Shown: positions 28,758 through 38,606, counted from the stretch's first letter. The stretch is DNA of 64,000 nt from Candidatus Borrarchaeum weybense (GCA_019057385.1 JAHQJS010000007.1:619685-683684); one strand, 5' to 3'. The notes: generated by a model from the sequence alone, not told the origin. Numbers and translations: made by a program.

Positions 28758-30227
28758 ATTAACAGTTCCCGTTAATGTAGTTTAACTTCACATAACTTCA
28801 TACTTCTGAAGCTTTCAGACTGCGGGTACACTTTTATAGTTATATGTTGGTGTCTGCCTGCTTATAAAGATGGTGTGACATACTGCTTAGTGTAAGTGAC
28901 CTATTATGGCTGCTATAACACTTTCTGGGGTTATCATCTCACTCGCAGACACACAGGCTCTGAAAGACCTTATGAGACGATTCAATACCGCTCGAAGGCG
29001 TGCCTTCTCTCTGAAACGCCAAGGTGTGCAGACCTGTACTATCGAAACCATCCTTCAGCAAGAAATCGGGCTTAATTCTCGCTATATTAAAGATGCGCAT
29101 TACTCCATAAAGAATTTGCCTTACAACACCACCTTTGGCGGGTTGAAGAACCAGCGGCTGCGTGAGAAAGGCACTATTACCAAGGAAGAATACAAGAAGC
29201 GCCGAAATGCGCTCCTGCTTTCTCACGGAGACCGTACCAAGCAGGGCAATCTCAATCTCAGACTCTATCTTGGCACAATGCAATTGCGCATCAATACCTG
29301 TCGCAACGATAAGGATAACAAGTGGATTTTTGCTAAGATATTCATCCCGCAAAAATATCTCGACAAATACGGTAGATATCTGGACGGGTCGCAGCCTTAC
29401 ACCGTACAAATTAAGCGGCGGAACTTTGATCAGGGTTATGACCTACGTATATCCATTAAACTACCTAGTGTGATACGGAAGGCCTCGCGAGCGATGACAC
29501 TAGACATAAATGCCGGGCACACCGATTTCGCAGTGATGAACAAGGACGATGGCAGGGTTATGTCGATAGGGAGGTTTAATCACTACGAAACACAGCACAC
29601 CAAGCAAGGAAAGCGTGAACATTTGTTGAATAAACTGGTGGAAAAGATCGGCAACCTTGCGAGACACTACGACGCCGAGGTGGTGGTCGGGCAACTCAAT
29701 ACGGGCAAGTTTTGGAGTTACAGCAAGAAAGCGACGAGAAAAATTCGCCAAATGCCGCAGTACAAGTTTCGACAGCTGTTGAAGCGGTTGGAATTGCAGG
29801 GTATAAAGGTGAATGAGAGGTCGGAGGCCTATACCAGCAAGTTAGGGGATGTGATCTCTCAAATAGTAGGTTATGACATCCACAAATGCGCGGCGATGAT
29901 GTTCGCCCTTAAGGTCATCAACTATGACTTATTCAAGCAGTTGAAGACATTTTTCTTCGGAGTTCCGTTATATGAGGCCTATGGAAGGCGGAGACGTGGA
30001 CGAAGGAGAAAAAGCGGGCTAACTGCCCCCATCCAGTACCGAATGTTTCTCAAAAGTATGAAATTCTGGATGGCGATGAAGTCCTCAATAATAGAGGATG
30101 GAGGCTACCTCCCGATTCCTGGTAGGGAGGGGTTGTCCTTGCTGGACAAATTAAAAGCGCCCTTCCCCTGTCTGACTATCAACATATGGTAACGTATATG
30201 AAGATATGGCAAGGTATCGTGACCAGG
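28758..30227 (+). mobile_element. non-autonomous TnpB-encoding IS (IS607-like boundaries) inserted at GGAGG|TGAA
   Basis: Joining the left flank TAGGAGG to the right flank TGAACTTATTTTG rebuilds an SD and csp start. Left-end hairpin ATTAAC-N7-GTTAAT and AACTTCA repeats; right end GACCAGG. Confidence 0.6.
28906..30192 (+). CDS. tnpB: TnpB-family RNA-guided nuclease with atypical RuvC
   Basis: LNSRY..DA, RuvC-I TLDIN, VVVGQL (G at the canonical E), EAYTSK, DIHKCAA; no zinc finger. Confidence 0.8.
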   Translation: MAAITLSGVIISLADTQALKDLMRRFNTARRRAFSLKRQGVQTCTIETILQQEIGLNSRYIKDAHYSIKNLPYNTTFGGLKNQRLREKGTITKEEYKKRRNALLLSHGDRTKQGNLNLRLYLGTMQLRINTCRNDKDNKWIFAKIFIPQKYLDKYGRYLDGSQPYTVQIKRRNFDQGYDLRISIKLPSVIRKASRAMTLDINAGHTDFAVMNKDDGRVMSIGRFNHYETQHTKQGKREHLLNKLVEKIGNLARHYDAEVVVGQLNTGKFWSYSKKATRKIRQMPQYKFRQLLKRLELQGIKVNERSEAYTSKLGDVISQIVGYDIHKCAAMMFALKVINYDLFKQLKTFFFGVPLYEAYGRRRRGRRRKSGLTAPIQYRMFLKSMKFWMAMKSSIIEDGGYLPIPGREGLSLLDKLKAPFPCLTINIW

Positions 30228-30237
30228 TGAACTTATT

Positions 30238-30327
30238 TTGCAGAGTACTGTCAAAAAATGGCTAGAATTTTAAGGATACGGATTTATACAACCAGACACA
30301 GGCGGAGAAGACGTTTTTATACACAAT
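30238..30327 (+). pseudogene. cold-shock protein pseudogene
   Basis: MQSTVKKWLEF*GYGFIQPDTGGEDVFIHN, with an internal stop and truncation; paralog of 30772. Confidence 0.85.
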
Positions 30328-30771
30328 TGTCTTTCGTCTATTAAAAAGATTTGGAACTTGCGATATTGTAACAATTAATGAATCTCAACCAGAATGTGAT
30401 CGTCAATTGGAAAGCTATAAGCCCCTACAACGTTTGCATAGGCTATCAGTTCAGCTTCTCATACATGAGGGAGATTTGTTTCAGATCAAACAAATAATTT
30501 TCTTCTTTTCAATTCTAAATATTTTGAAAGAAAAGAAAAGGAGAAAAGACGCACCACTTTTATTCCTTTGACTTTGTCCTACTTTCCTTTGGATCCCCAT
30601 CTTTCTGAGTTTCGCGTTAGGATTCTAGTTTCAAATAAGAACTAAAATTTCTCGTTACAACCAAAGGATTTAAAAGAGCTGCCTCGCATATGAACGAAAA
30701 AGAGTTTTTTTATTGACATTTTAGTTGACTTTTTTTGTTGATTTAGTTCGTTAAGTGGAGGTGAATTTGTT

Positions 30772-30969
30772 TTGCAGGGTACTGTCAAAAAATGGCTAGA
30801 TTTCAAAGGATTCGGATTTATAAAACCAGATACAGGTGGAGATGACATTTTTATCCACAATTCAGAAATAAAAGGTGCACATGATCTGAAAGAAGGACAA
30901 AAAGTCGAATTCGACGTAGAAGACTCATATAAGGGTCCGAAAGCCACCAATCTCAGAATAATTGAGTGA
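30772..30969 (+). CDS. cspA: cold-shock domain protein
   Basis: GTVKKW..KGFGFI (RNP1), DIFIHNS (RNP2), KGPKA; GGAGGTGA SD. Confidence 0.93.
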   Translation: MQGTVKKWLDFKGFGFIKPDTGGDDIFIHNSEIKGAHDLKEGQKVEFDVEDSYKGPKATNLRIIE

Positions 30970-31537
30970 AGCTGGCTTTAAAAACATTGTAAAGCCTTCC
31001 GCAATGTGAATATGTCGAAGATTAATAGAATGGAAGGAAGGATATTCTGACGTTCATTTTTCTGAAAATTAATTCACATCGTACTAACCGCATTAATTGG
31101 TAGCTCTATTGAAGAGGTGCACACTGAGAAAGAGTATTTCTGTGCCAGTCGGTCCAGAAGGTTCCTTTTTCAGTTTCACCGGTTTCATAGAATACTTTAG
31201 TGCGGCCATTGTATTTTCTTTTTCTAATTCTTTTTTCCCTCAACTCAATTATACGAAATAAAGTGGATTTTAAATAGGATAAATTAGAACATATGTTCAA
31301 AGAAATTTGAAGCTCATTTGAGTATAGTGCATTTATCATTTACAGAGACGTAATAGTTTTACACGAGCTCTATTCCATGTATTTCCATTGAGCAATTGCG
31401 TAGTATAGGTTTGAATTCTAATGCTATAAGTTTAAATTGATTGTATGACACTATCAGATAACTTTGACTAAGGTAATAACTAAATGTTTTTAAAGACATG
31501 ATCAGCATTCCAGTTAGGCATTCCAATTTGGAGGTTA

Positions 31538-32266
31538 ATGAACATGGGAATGGAGCCAGGTATGGGATATGATAGTGCGATAACTATCTTCTCTCCAGAT
31601 GGGAGATTGTTTCAAGTTGAATATGCGATCGAGGCAATAAGACGTGGAACTACTGCCATTGGAATGAAAGTCAAAGGAGTGGGTGCGGTCTTAACGGTTG
31701 AAAAGCGAGTTCTCAGCAGACTTGTGGTCCCAGAGAGCGTCGAAAAAATATTCAAAATTGATGAGCATATTGGTGTCGCGATTGCGGGGCTGACTGCAGA
31801 TGCGCGTGTCCTAATCAACCAAGCGAGGATCAATGCACAAATGCACAGGCTAACGTATGATGAACCAATTAACGTAGAAGTCTTAACACGGGAAATTGGA
31901 GATTTAATGCAGGTATATACCCAATATGCAGGTGTAAGACCTTTTGGTGTTAAACTATTGATTATGGGAGTAGATGATAATGGAACTCAATTATTTTCGA
32001 CCGATCCAAGTGGTACCTATTTTGGAAATCTAGCGGCAGTAATTGGTGCAGGTGAACAACAGGCTTTAGAATTGCTAGAGAAAGACTATCAACCGGATTT
32101 AGATTTGGATGGGATGATATTGTTGTCATTAAGAGCGTTAGAACAGGTGATTGAGTCTGAACTTGATGCAACAAAGGTTGAAATTACGGTAATCACTGAG
32201 GATGAACGGAAACTTAAGAATCTCACTGTTGAGGAAATCACTAACTATATTAAGAGAAAGACATAA
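31538..32266 (+). CDS. psmA: 20S proteasome alpha subunit
   Basis: GYDSAITIFSPDGRLFQVEYA, TQYAGVRPFG, TDPSG. Confidence 0.95.
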   Translation: MNMGMEPGMGYDSAITIFSPDGRLFQVEYAIEAIRRGTTAIGMKVKGVGAVLTVEKRVLSRLVVPESVEKIFKIDEHIGVAIAGLTADARVLINQARINAQMHRLTYDEPINVEVLTREIGDLMQVYTQYAGVRPFGVKLLIMGVDDNGTQLFSTDPSGTYFGNLAAVIGAGEQQALELLEKDYQPDLDLDGMILLSLRALEQVIESELDATKVEITVITEDERKLKNLTVEEITNYIKRKT

Positions 32267-32392
32267 CTATGCCAGCAAATAATTTCAAAAGACCTTCGTT
32301 TTTTCAGTTCTCTATTCTGTTCCATACCAGTCTCTTGCTTTTTTGAGAACTTTAAAATGCAGAATGGTTTAACTGAAATATAGTGAAGAAAA

Positions 32393-32701
32393 TCAGTCGA
32401 TATCTACATAAATTATGTCAGTTTTTTGAGACACGGACACTGAGAAATTGTTTGGCGTAATGTGGTAGAAATTCGTGACGAGTTGTGGTAAACAAAAGAT
32501 AAATGCATTCTTAGTCTCTTTTACATCAATTTTATCATTCCAAATGCTTTTTTGAGCCATATCTTGTGACTTTTCAAGACTAATCGCTATTGTCTCTTTG
32601 GAAAGCATGTAAAGATACGCAGAAGTCATCATTGGAATTTCTTTGAACATGTCTTTTGGTACTTCTATTTCATTTATTTCCATCTCGATAATTCGTGTCA
32701 T
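32393..32701 (-). CDS. hypothetical protein
   Basis: 102-aa ORF, GGAG SD, 5 bp from the upstream gene. Confidence 0.55.
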   Translation of the reverse strand: MTRIIEMEINEIEVPKDMFKEIPMMTSAYLYMLSKETIAISLEKSQDMAQKSIWNDKIDVKETKNAFIFCLPQLVTNFYHITPNNFSVSVSQKTDIIYVDID

Positions 32702-32706
32702 TTGAA

Positions 32707-33000
32707 CTACTCCTTGGTCACATGGACTCCATATACAATAAATTCTCTTATTAAGTTATTATATGTTTTCTCTCTTACGAATATCTCCACCAAGAATGGT
32801 TTTCTATGTCCTTTTTTGAATTTTAAGATTAACCTAAATGATCCATCTGGAAGATATTCTCTTTCCTTTATTGAGGAATATAGTACTCGTCTTTTGATAT
32901 ATCCCTCTGAAACCCCATCCTTCTCATGTTGCGAAACTTGAATAGGTGCTTTTCCCGCTAGGCGTACATATTCAAATGGAACTTCACGCTTGTTCATCAA
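32707..33000 (-). CDS. hypothetical protein
   Basis: 97-aa ORF with AGGTGAG SD. Confidence 0.55.
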   Translation of the reverse strand: MMNKREVPFEYVRLAGKAPIQVSQHEKDGVSEGYIKRRVLYSSIKEREYLPDGSFRLILKFKKGHRKPFLVEIFVREKTYNNLIREFIVYGVHVTKE

Positions 33001-33160
33001 AGTCTCACCTAGTATCTTGAGGATTGGTAATTCATCTTTGTCTATTGTCTATATTACCTCGTCGTTATTTATAATTTAATCAATATTTATTAAGTGACTC
33101 TTTGTATAGATTTTCTCTATGGAATGAAAATACCCTGATATTGAGTATTGAGGGAACCAT

Positions 33161-34153
33161 ATGGATTTCTTCCGATTATCTAAGAAAGACCTAATCACGA
33201 CCCAGGAATGGTCCATGAACGACATCAACGCAGTTCTTGAGTGGACTCGCTATTTAAAGGAAAGTTATTACAAGGGTGATAAACCAAAACTTCTACCTGA
33301 CAAAACATTTCTGATGCTTTTTTATTCTATATCAACGCGAACGCGCATTTCCTTCGAGACAGCGATGACCGAACTGGGGGGACACGCCCAATTCGTGGAG
33401 TCTAAAACGACCCTACTAGACGCAGGCGAGTCTATCAAGGACACGGCAAAAGCGATGGCAAGGTATGCACAAGGCATTGGAATACGCCTATTAGAGCCAA
33501 GTGTTGGAAACAAAGTGATCCGAGAATACGCTAGCCACGTAAAAATACCAGTCATTAATATGGCTGATGACCGTTTTCACCCCTGTCAAGGACTTGGCGA
33601 TATATTTACCATTATAGAAAAGATGAAAGAGATAAGAAACAAAAAATTTCTGGTTACCTGGGCTAATTCTAACAACCCTCGATCCTGGTGTAGTGTCCAA
33701 AGCGCGATTCTAATTGCCACTCGTTTTGGAATGGACGTAACGCTGGCATATCCCTCTGAACATTTTGCTTTAGAGCCCACTGTAATTAACTGGTGCAAAC
33801 AAAACGCAGACGAATCTGGAGGCACATTTGAAATCAGTAATGATTTGCAGGATGCCTATAATTCAGCTCATGTGGTATTTCCACGTAATTGGATGACTGC
33901 TGAGGCCTTTGAAATTGGGATAGAACGAGAACTAGAGTTGTATAAGAGATACAGCGACTGGATATGCACCTCAGAGTTAATGGCGTCGACTGAAAAAGCG
34001 TTATTCTTGCACTCTATGCCTGTGTTTAGAGAAGAAGAGGCTACATCTGAAGTAGTAGATGCCCCATATTCTGTAATCTATGATCAAGCTGAGAATAGGT
34101 TGCATGTTCAAAAAGCAATACTTTCTTTAATGATGGGGGGTATGCCTTCGTAG
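33161..34153 (+). CDS. ornithine carbamoyltransferase superfamily transcarbamylase (atypical)
   Basis: STRTR, HPCQ, FLHSMP (canonical HCLP), DQAENRLH. Confidence 0.85.
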   Translation: MDFFRLSKKDLITTQEWSMNDINAVLEWTRYLKESYYKGDKPKLLPDKTFLMLFYSISTRTRISFETAMTELGGHAQFVESKTTLLDAGESIKDTAKAMARYAQGIGIRLLEPSVGNKVIREYASHVKIPVINMADDRFHPCQGLGDIFTIIEKMKEIRNKKFLVTWANSNNPRSWCSVQSAILIATRFGMDVTLAYPSEHFALEPTVINWCKQNADESGGTFEISNDLQDAYNSAHVVFPRNWMTAEAFEIGIERELELYKRYSDWICTSELMASTEKALFLHSMPVFREEEATSEVVDAPYSVIYDQAENRLHVQKAILSLMMGGMPS

Positions 34154-34269
34154 ATTTAACCCAAAAATCGTTTTTAAATGAATATATTAGAATAACAACG
34201 GTTCTTGCCTTCAGGAAAAGTATTTTAAACACGAAAAATTCAGTTATGCAACTATTGGAGTTGATGTTA

Positions 34270-34428
34270 ATGAATGAATTCAAAGGAACATGTCCCCGAT
34301 GTGGGAGTACAAGTTCTGTTGACTTAGGAAACCCAACCATACCTGTTGGAAAAACTCGACAAGCACGCGTTAATGTCAGAGAATGCACAAAATGTAAACT
34401 CGTGTATTATGAGGCTTATCAAGAATAG
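34270..34428 (+). CDS. small CxxC...CxxC zinc-finger protein
   Basis: CPRCG...CTKC; GGAG SD; ORF track start 34246. Confidence 0.65.
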   Translation: MNEFKGTCPRCGSTSSVDLGNPTIPVGKTRQARVNVRECTKCKLVYYEAYQE

Positions 34429-34705
34429 TATTTCTTAATGCAATTACATCTGCAATATTTTACATTTTTCATTATTTTTTGTTTTATTTTGATTTAACTC
34501 AATGCTATTTTGAATACTTCAGGCCATAGATGATATTTGAAACTATAGAAACTAGATGTAGTTATTATCAAAGGCAAGCTCAACCATTCTTGCCTCGAAA
34601 AACTTAGATAATCAAAATTAAATCTTAGGTATGAGTTTAGGGATTACCAGAATTATTTTTACCCTCTGAGTGTTGCGCACATTCATTTCAGATCGTGAAA
34701 ATGCC

Positions 34706-34772
34706 TTGTCTGATTACAATTTGAAACGTTGTTTTTTTACAATTTGAAATATTGTCTGATTACAATTTAAAA
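34706..34772. repeat. three tandem 21-bp repeats (23-bp period) with internal TTGT-N6-ACAA palindrome
   Basis: TTGTCTGATTACAATTTGAAA, TTGTTTTTTTACAATTTGAAA, TTGTCTGATTACAATTTAAAA. Confidence 0.85.
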
Positions 34773-34858
34773 AGAGCGTAAGAGTAATAAGTTCACATTC
34801 ATACAAAAGAATACAAATAAATTACAAATAGTCACAAAGATATAGGGGGATGTAAGTT

Positions 34859-35398
34859 ATGAGTGCGCCTAACTATGTTAAGAAGGTAGTCACAATTCCT
34901 AATGAAGTCTATGAGAAATTAATAACTTTCAGGAATGATAACGAGCTTTTCTCTCATTTCTGTCATCGAGTCTTTGCATTATTTCTAGAAAGAAGTCAAT
35001 TGGCTGACTTCGACCGTATTGGCATTTCAAAAGATGCCTTCACCAAATTAATTGAAAATTATCCCAAAGAAAAGATTAATGAACTCATTCCGTCGCTTGA
35101 AGCTTGCTTAGAAACTGCTTTAGGGAAAAAAATTGACACTATGGATTTACAGAGAGAGATAGTTCCCTACCTAAAAAGAGTTATTGTTCACGTAGATAAT
35201 ATCTGCAACGTGTTCGATTTTAACTTCTTAGGGGGCAAAAACGAATTTCAAGTGTTTTGTACTTCCAAAGCTAAGGATAAGTATGTCGATTTCTGGACCG
35301 ATTATTTAGCAGCATTTTTCAATGCTAGAGGCTATAGTGTATTAGACAAAGACAAAAAAACAGGATATTTGTACATACACTTCAAAAAAGACAAGTAG
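34859..35398 (+). CDS. putative ribbon-helix-helix regulator with C-terminal ligand-binding-like domain
   Basis: N-terminal VKKVVTIPNEVYEKL strand-helix pattern. Confidence 0.5.
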   Translation: MSAPNYVKKVVTIPNEVYEKLITFRNDNELFSHFCHRVFALFLERSQLADFDRIGISKDAFTKLIENYPKEKINELIPSLEACLETALGKKIDTMDLQREIVPYLKRVIVHVDNICNVFDFNFLGGKNEFQVFCTSKAKDKYVDFWTDYLAAFFNARGYSVLDKDKKTGYLYIHFKKDK

Positions 35399-35514
35399 AT
35401 CTTGTATTACGCCGTAATTTCATTATAGTGAATTTGTGATTTTGTAAACTACCTCACATCTCCCGCCTCTGGAAGCCCCTACCCTTTAGGGTGGGGAGGA
35501 AAGAGGCGTTTAGA

Positions 35515-36717
35515 CTAACTTAAGTTAAAAAATAATCCTTTCCCATATTTAACCAACTCTACTTTTTTGATAGCTACGCTTTTGTCTTTTCCATTAACAT
35601 TTTTTAAAATAACTCGCTTTCCAAGACAATGAGTCCCTTTTACTCTATACGTTCTACCCTCAAACTTTACAAGATCATACGGTTGTAACGGGTATCTCTG
35701 TCTTCTAATAGACGGTTTGAAACCTTTTCTATTCAATTGGAGTGAACGATTATTGCGCCGCACCTGAATAACCTCATACGGTCTACACCGTGGTTGTGTT
35801 GTGCCTCCCGCAATGACAAACGCATCATTAACATGCGACTTTTCCAGTCCTAAATTGTTACGCTGGTATTTGGTGACGTATCCGTAAGTATGCTCTGCAC
35901 CTAACTGTTCTACTAGCCTCCAACGAATGTTATTAATACATGCTGGTGCTTTAAGTGGCGTCTTTGCCTGCTTTTGTATGTGTGGATAGCCAAACTCCTC
36001 TGCGGTCTTATCTCCCTTCTTTAGATTACAGTTCCTACATGATATCGTCAAATTCGACACTCGGTCTGTGCCACCTCTACTTTTCGGGACGATATGCTCG
36101 ACTTCTAAGGGCACGTTTGTGTTACCACAATAGGCGCACTTTCGTCCCCACTTATCCAATAGATATTCTTTGACTTCGTAGCCCTGTAGCTCGCCCTGCT
36201 GATATGCTACGCCTGTAATTTCTGGATGTCGCATTTTCTGTGTGTCGAAATTCGCAGTCTCTATCCTTTTGTAAGTTATAGGAAGTAGCGTTGCAAGTGT
36301 TTCAACTAATCGAATATGTGAGTCATGCCTATGCTGAGTACTAGGGGCTAACCATCCTTCAGGACGTTTACGATTATCAAATCGAGGTGGGCGATACCCT
36401 AATCTGCCTCTACGCGTTCTACGATACCTCCGCTTTTCTTCAAGCTTGTTAGACACATCCTTGCGCAAGTTTAACGTCCCACTGATGACTTCTAACGTAT
36501 CGGTCTTGGCACTAAATCCAATATTCGTAAATCCGATATCCACTCCTAATTTAATCAGTTGTGTCGCCTCTCCAGTGGCATAGTTCAACTGAATGGTGAA
36601 AGGACACCGTTTTACAACTGTAGCCTTTCCTTCTTTTAACAACCTCTTTCCGTTATGTTGTGTGGTAGGCATGAGCGGTTGCCCCCTCATGTTTACCACA
36701 TAGATAGGTACTCTCAA
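35515..36717 (-). CDS. iscB: RNA-guided endonuclease IscB
   Basis: PLMP, RuvC-I GVDIG, RRYRRTRR bridge helix, RuvC-II IETANFD, HNH EHIVPKSRGG..NL..C..CN, RuvC-III SHVNDA. Confidence 0.95.
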   Translation of the reverse strand: MRVPIYVVNMRGQPLMPTTQHNGKRLLKEGKATVVKRCPFTIQLNYATGEATQLIKLGVDIGFTNIGFSAKTDTLEVISGTLNLRKDVSNKLEEKRRYRRTRRGRLGYRPPRFDNRKRPEGWLAPSTQHRHDSHIRLVETLATLLPITYKRIETANFDTQKMRHPEITGVAYQQGELQGYEVKEYLLDKWGRKCAYCGNTNVPLEVEHIVPKSRGGTDRVSNLTISCRNCNLKKGDKTAEEFGYPHIQKQAKTPLKAPACINNIRWRLVEQLGAEHTYGYVTKYQRNNLGLEKSHVNDAFVIAGGTTQPRCRPYEVIQVRRNNRSLQLNRKGFKPSIRRQRYPLQPYDLVKFEGRTYRVKGTHCLGKRVILKNVNGKDKSVAIKKVELVKYGKGLFFNLS

Positions 36718-36990
36718 GTCCTATCTCCTCCTTTAACTGATGTTAAAGTCGGTTGGTTCTCTTCGCCAAGGTTATCAGTCAGTACTCTACGATGATCACT
36801 GAGCGTTTCCTCTCTGTTTAAACCACCGTTTACAGAGCAAGGGACTAGAGAAGCATCCCTTGGTGTGTTCTTTAACTCTCCTGATAACGTAGATACCGTC
36901 ATACACTATATGACCTCTCTTAGGCTAATCAACTAATTGCTCTCAGGTCTCACGACCCAAGCCCCTACCCTTTAGGGTGGGGTAATTGAC
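36718..36990 (-). ncRNA. IscB omegaRNA scaffold
   Basis: About 270-nt structured non-coding region between the element end and iscB (GTTGATTAGCCT, GGATGCTTCTCTAGTCCC, TGGCGAAGAGAAC segments). Confidence 0.75.
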
Positions 36991-37068
36991 ATTAATTCTT
37001 ATCCAGTGCTATAATGCGTTGTTTTGACCATTAATGATTCAAAAAAACACAGAAATTAAATGCAGAAA

Positions 37069-37800
37069 TTATTCAATAGCCAGCTTAGGGTTGATTTTTA
37101 CCGCCCTTTTAAAGCATTCATCAGCTTTCTTAATATCGTCTAATTCTTTATAAGCGACTGCAAGGTTACTCCATGCATCTGCAAACTCGGGGTCAATTTC
37201 AACTGCTTTCTTAAAATTCCTGATCGCGTTTTTATGCTCACCCAACTCAGAATAAGCTAATCCTATGCATACCCAGGCAGTTGCAGCCAGCGGATCGATC
37301 TCAACAATCTTCTGAAAACTCTTAAGTGCCTTCTTATGTTCATCTAATTGTCCATAAGCCACCCCTAAGTTATACCAGGCATCCACATCTTCAGGGTCAA
37401 TTTCTACCACTTTTTTAAAACACTCTACCGCTTTTTCATGGTTTCCTAATTCTCCGTAGGTGCCTCCTAGATTGTACCATGCATCTTCGAACTCAGGGTC
37501 AAGTTTTACTGCCTTTTTATGGTATTTGATGGCATTTTTATAATCACTGAGTCTTCTATAGGTCTCACCTAGGTTAGTCCAAGCCCATGCGAACTCAGGA
37601 GCGATTTTTACAGTTTTTCTATAACAAACAAGTGCAGCATCATGCTCGCCTACTTCGCCATACGCTATACCCATGTTGTACCATGCCATTGTGTGGTTTT
37701 GATCGACCTTTAATGCTTTCTTGAATTCATCTATCGCTTTTTGGTGGTGACCTTGATCTAAGTGCTCAGTTCCTCTTTCAAAATGATCTTCCGCAGACAT
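37069..37800 (-). CDS. TPR-only protein (about 7 repeats)
   Basis: 34-aa AWYNLG..Y..LG....A...F.KAV..DP units; start MSAED matches the paralogs. Confidence 0.9.
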   Translation of the reverse strand: MSAEDHFERGTEHLDQGHHQKAIDEFKKALKVDQNHTMAWYNMGIAYGEVGEHDAALVCYRKTVKIAPEFAWAWTNLGETYRRLSDYKNAIKYHKKAVKLDPEFEDAWYNLGGTYGELGNHEKAVECFKKVVEIDPEDVDAWYNLGVAYGQLDEHKKALKSFQKIVEIDPLAATAWVCIGLAYSELGEHKNAIRNFKKAVEIDPEFADAWSNLAVAYKELDDIKKADECFKRAVKINPKLAIE

Positions 37801-37987
37801 TTCTAACCCTATGCAGACTGATAGAAACACATCTTCAACTTCTGATAGATAAACTTTGTTTATAAAAGTGAGAATCTGCATCTATAGGCGAGCTGGGATA
37901 GTTCAAAGAGTTGATGAGTTTAGTTCCTAATACCGAACTTTAAATGCAAGAACAGATCACAAAAAAGGAAAAGAAGACTCAGAGGAA

Positions 37988-38539
37988 TTATTGGGAGACA
38001 GGTTTTTTCAGTTGAGCGCCACAGTTAGGGCAACTTATCCATCTGAAGTCTACAGCTTCACCACAATTGGGGCATGTCAACTCTCCCTGAGGTGTATTGC
38101 AGTAAGGACATGTAAGCCATCCGGGTTTAAGTCCTTTATCACAGTTAGTGCAGAACTTTTGAGCATTTTCCATTCTAAGCCACAAAGATTTAATGATAAC
38201 GTTCAAAGAATCTCTTAGATAGGCTTCTTCGGGTGTTTCATCTTCCATGTCTAGTTTTTCAAGGTTTATTTGTTCAAAATTGCTATCAGTGAAGGTAGCT
38301 AAACTTCTTTCATCATCTTTGCTCCTTAATCTCACAACAACGGCGATTCCGTTTGCGGTATCCTCTAAATATACTTCCCCAAATGTTTTTCCCAGTTTGC
38401 TTTTAAATTCAGTCAGAATATACTTTGATTCCAAAGAATAGACTTGCTCCATTTCAAATTCTTTAACCCACGCGAGAACTGCATTCCAACAATCAGGCAG
38501 TTTACGACCAATAAAAAAGTCATTCCAATCCATGTACAC
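37988..38539 (-). CDS. double zinc-ribbon protein
   Basis: CTNC, CPYC, CPNC, CPNC at the C-terminus. Confidence 0.8.
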   Translation of the reverse strand: MYMDWNDFFIGRKLPDCWNAVLAWVKEFEMEQVYSLESKYILTEFKSKLGKTFGEVYLEDTANGIAVVVRLRSKDDERSLATFTDSNFEQINLEKLDMEDETPEEAYLRDSLNVIIKSLWLRMENAQKFCTNCDKGLKPGWLTCPYCNTPQGELTCPNCGEAVDFRWISCPNCGAQLKKPVSQ

Positions 38540-38606
38540 TTCTAAACTTCCTTTTTCACTGTTTAAATAAAAAAGAAATGAGGTTAAAAATGGGAGAAAT
38601 ATAGTT

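Larger units (their letters stand above)
35460..36990 (-). mobile_element. IscB-encoding IS200/IS605-superfamily element
   Basis: Identical hairpin AAGCCCCTACCCTTTAGGGTGGGG at both ends (about 35473-35496 and 36959-36982); minus-strand terminus GTCAAT. Confidence 0.9.

Noticed and set aside
34706-34772. Repeats ending TTGAAA as a mini CRISPR array
   Set aside because: Only 2-bp gaps and no spacers; better explained as operator sites.
36714-36902. 62-aa ORF upstream of iscB
   Set aside because: Lies within the omegaRNA scaffold.
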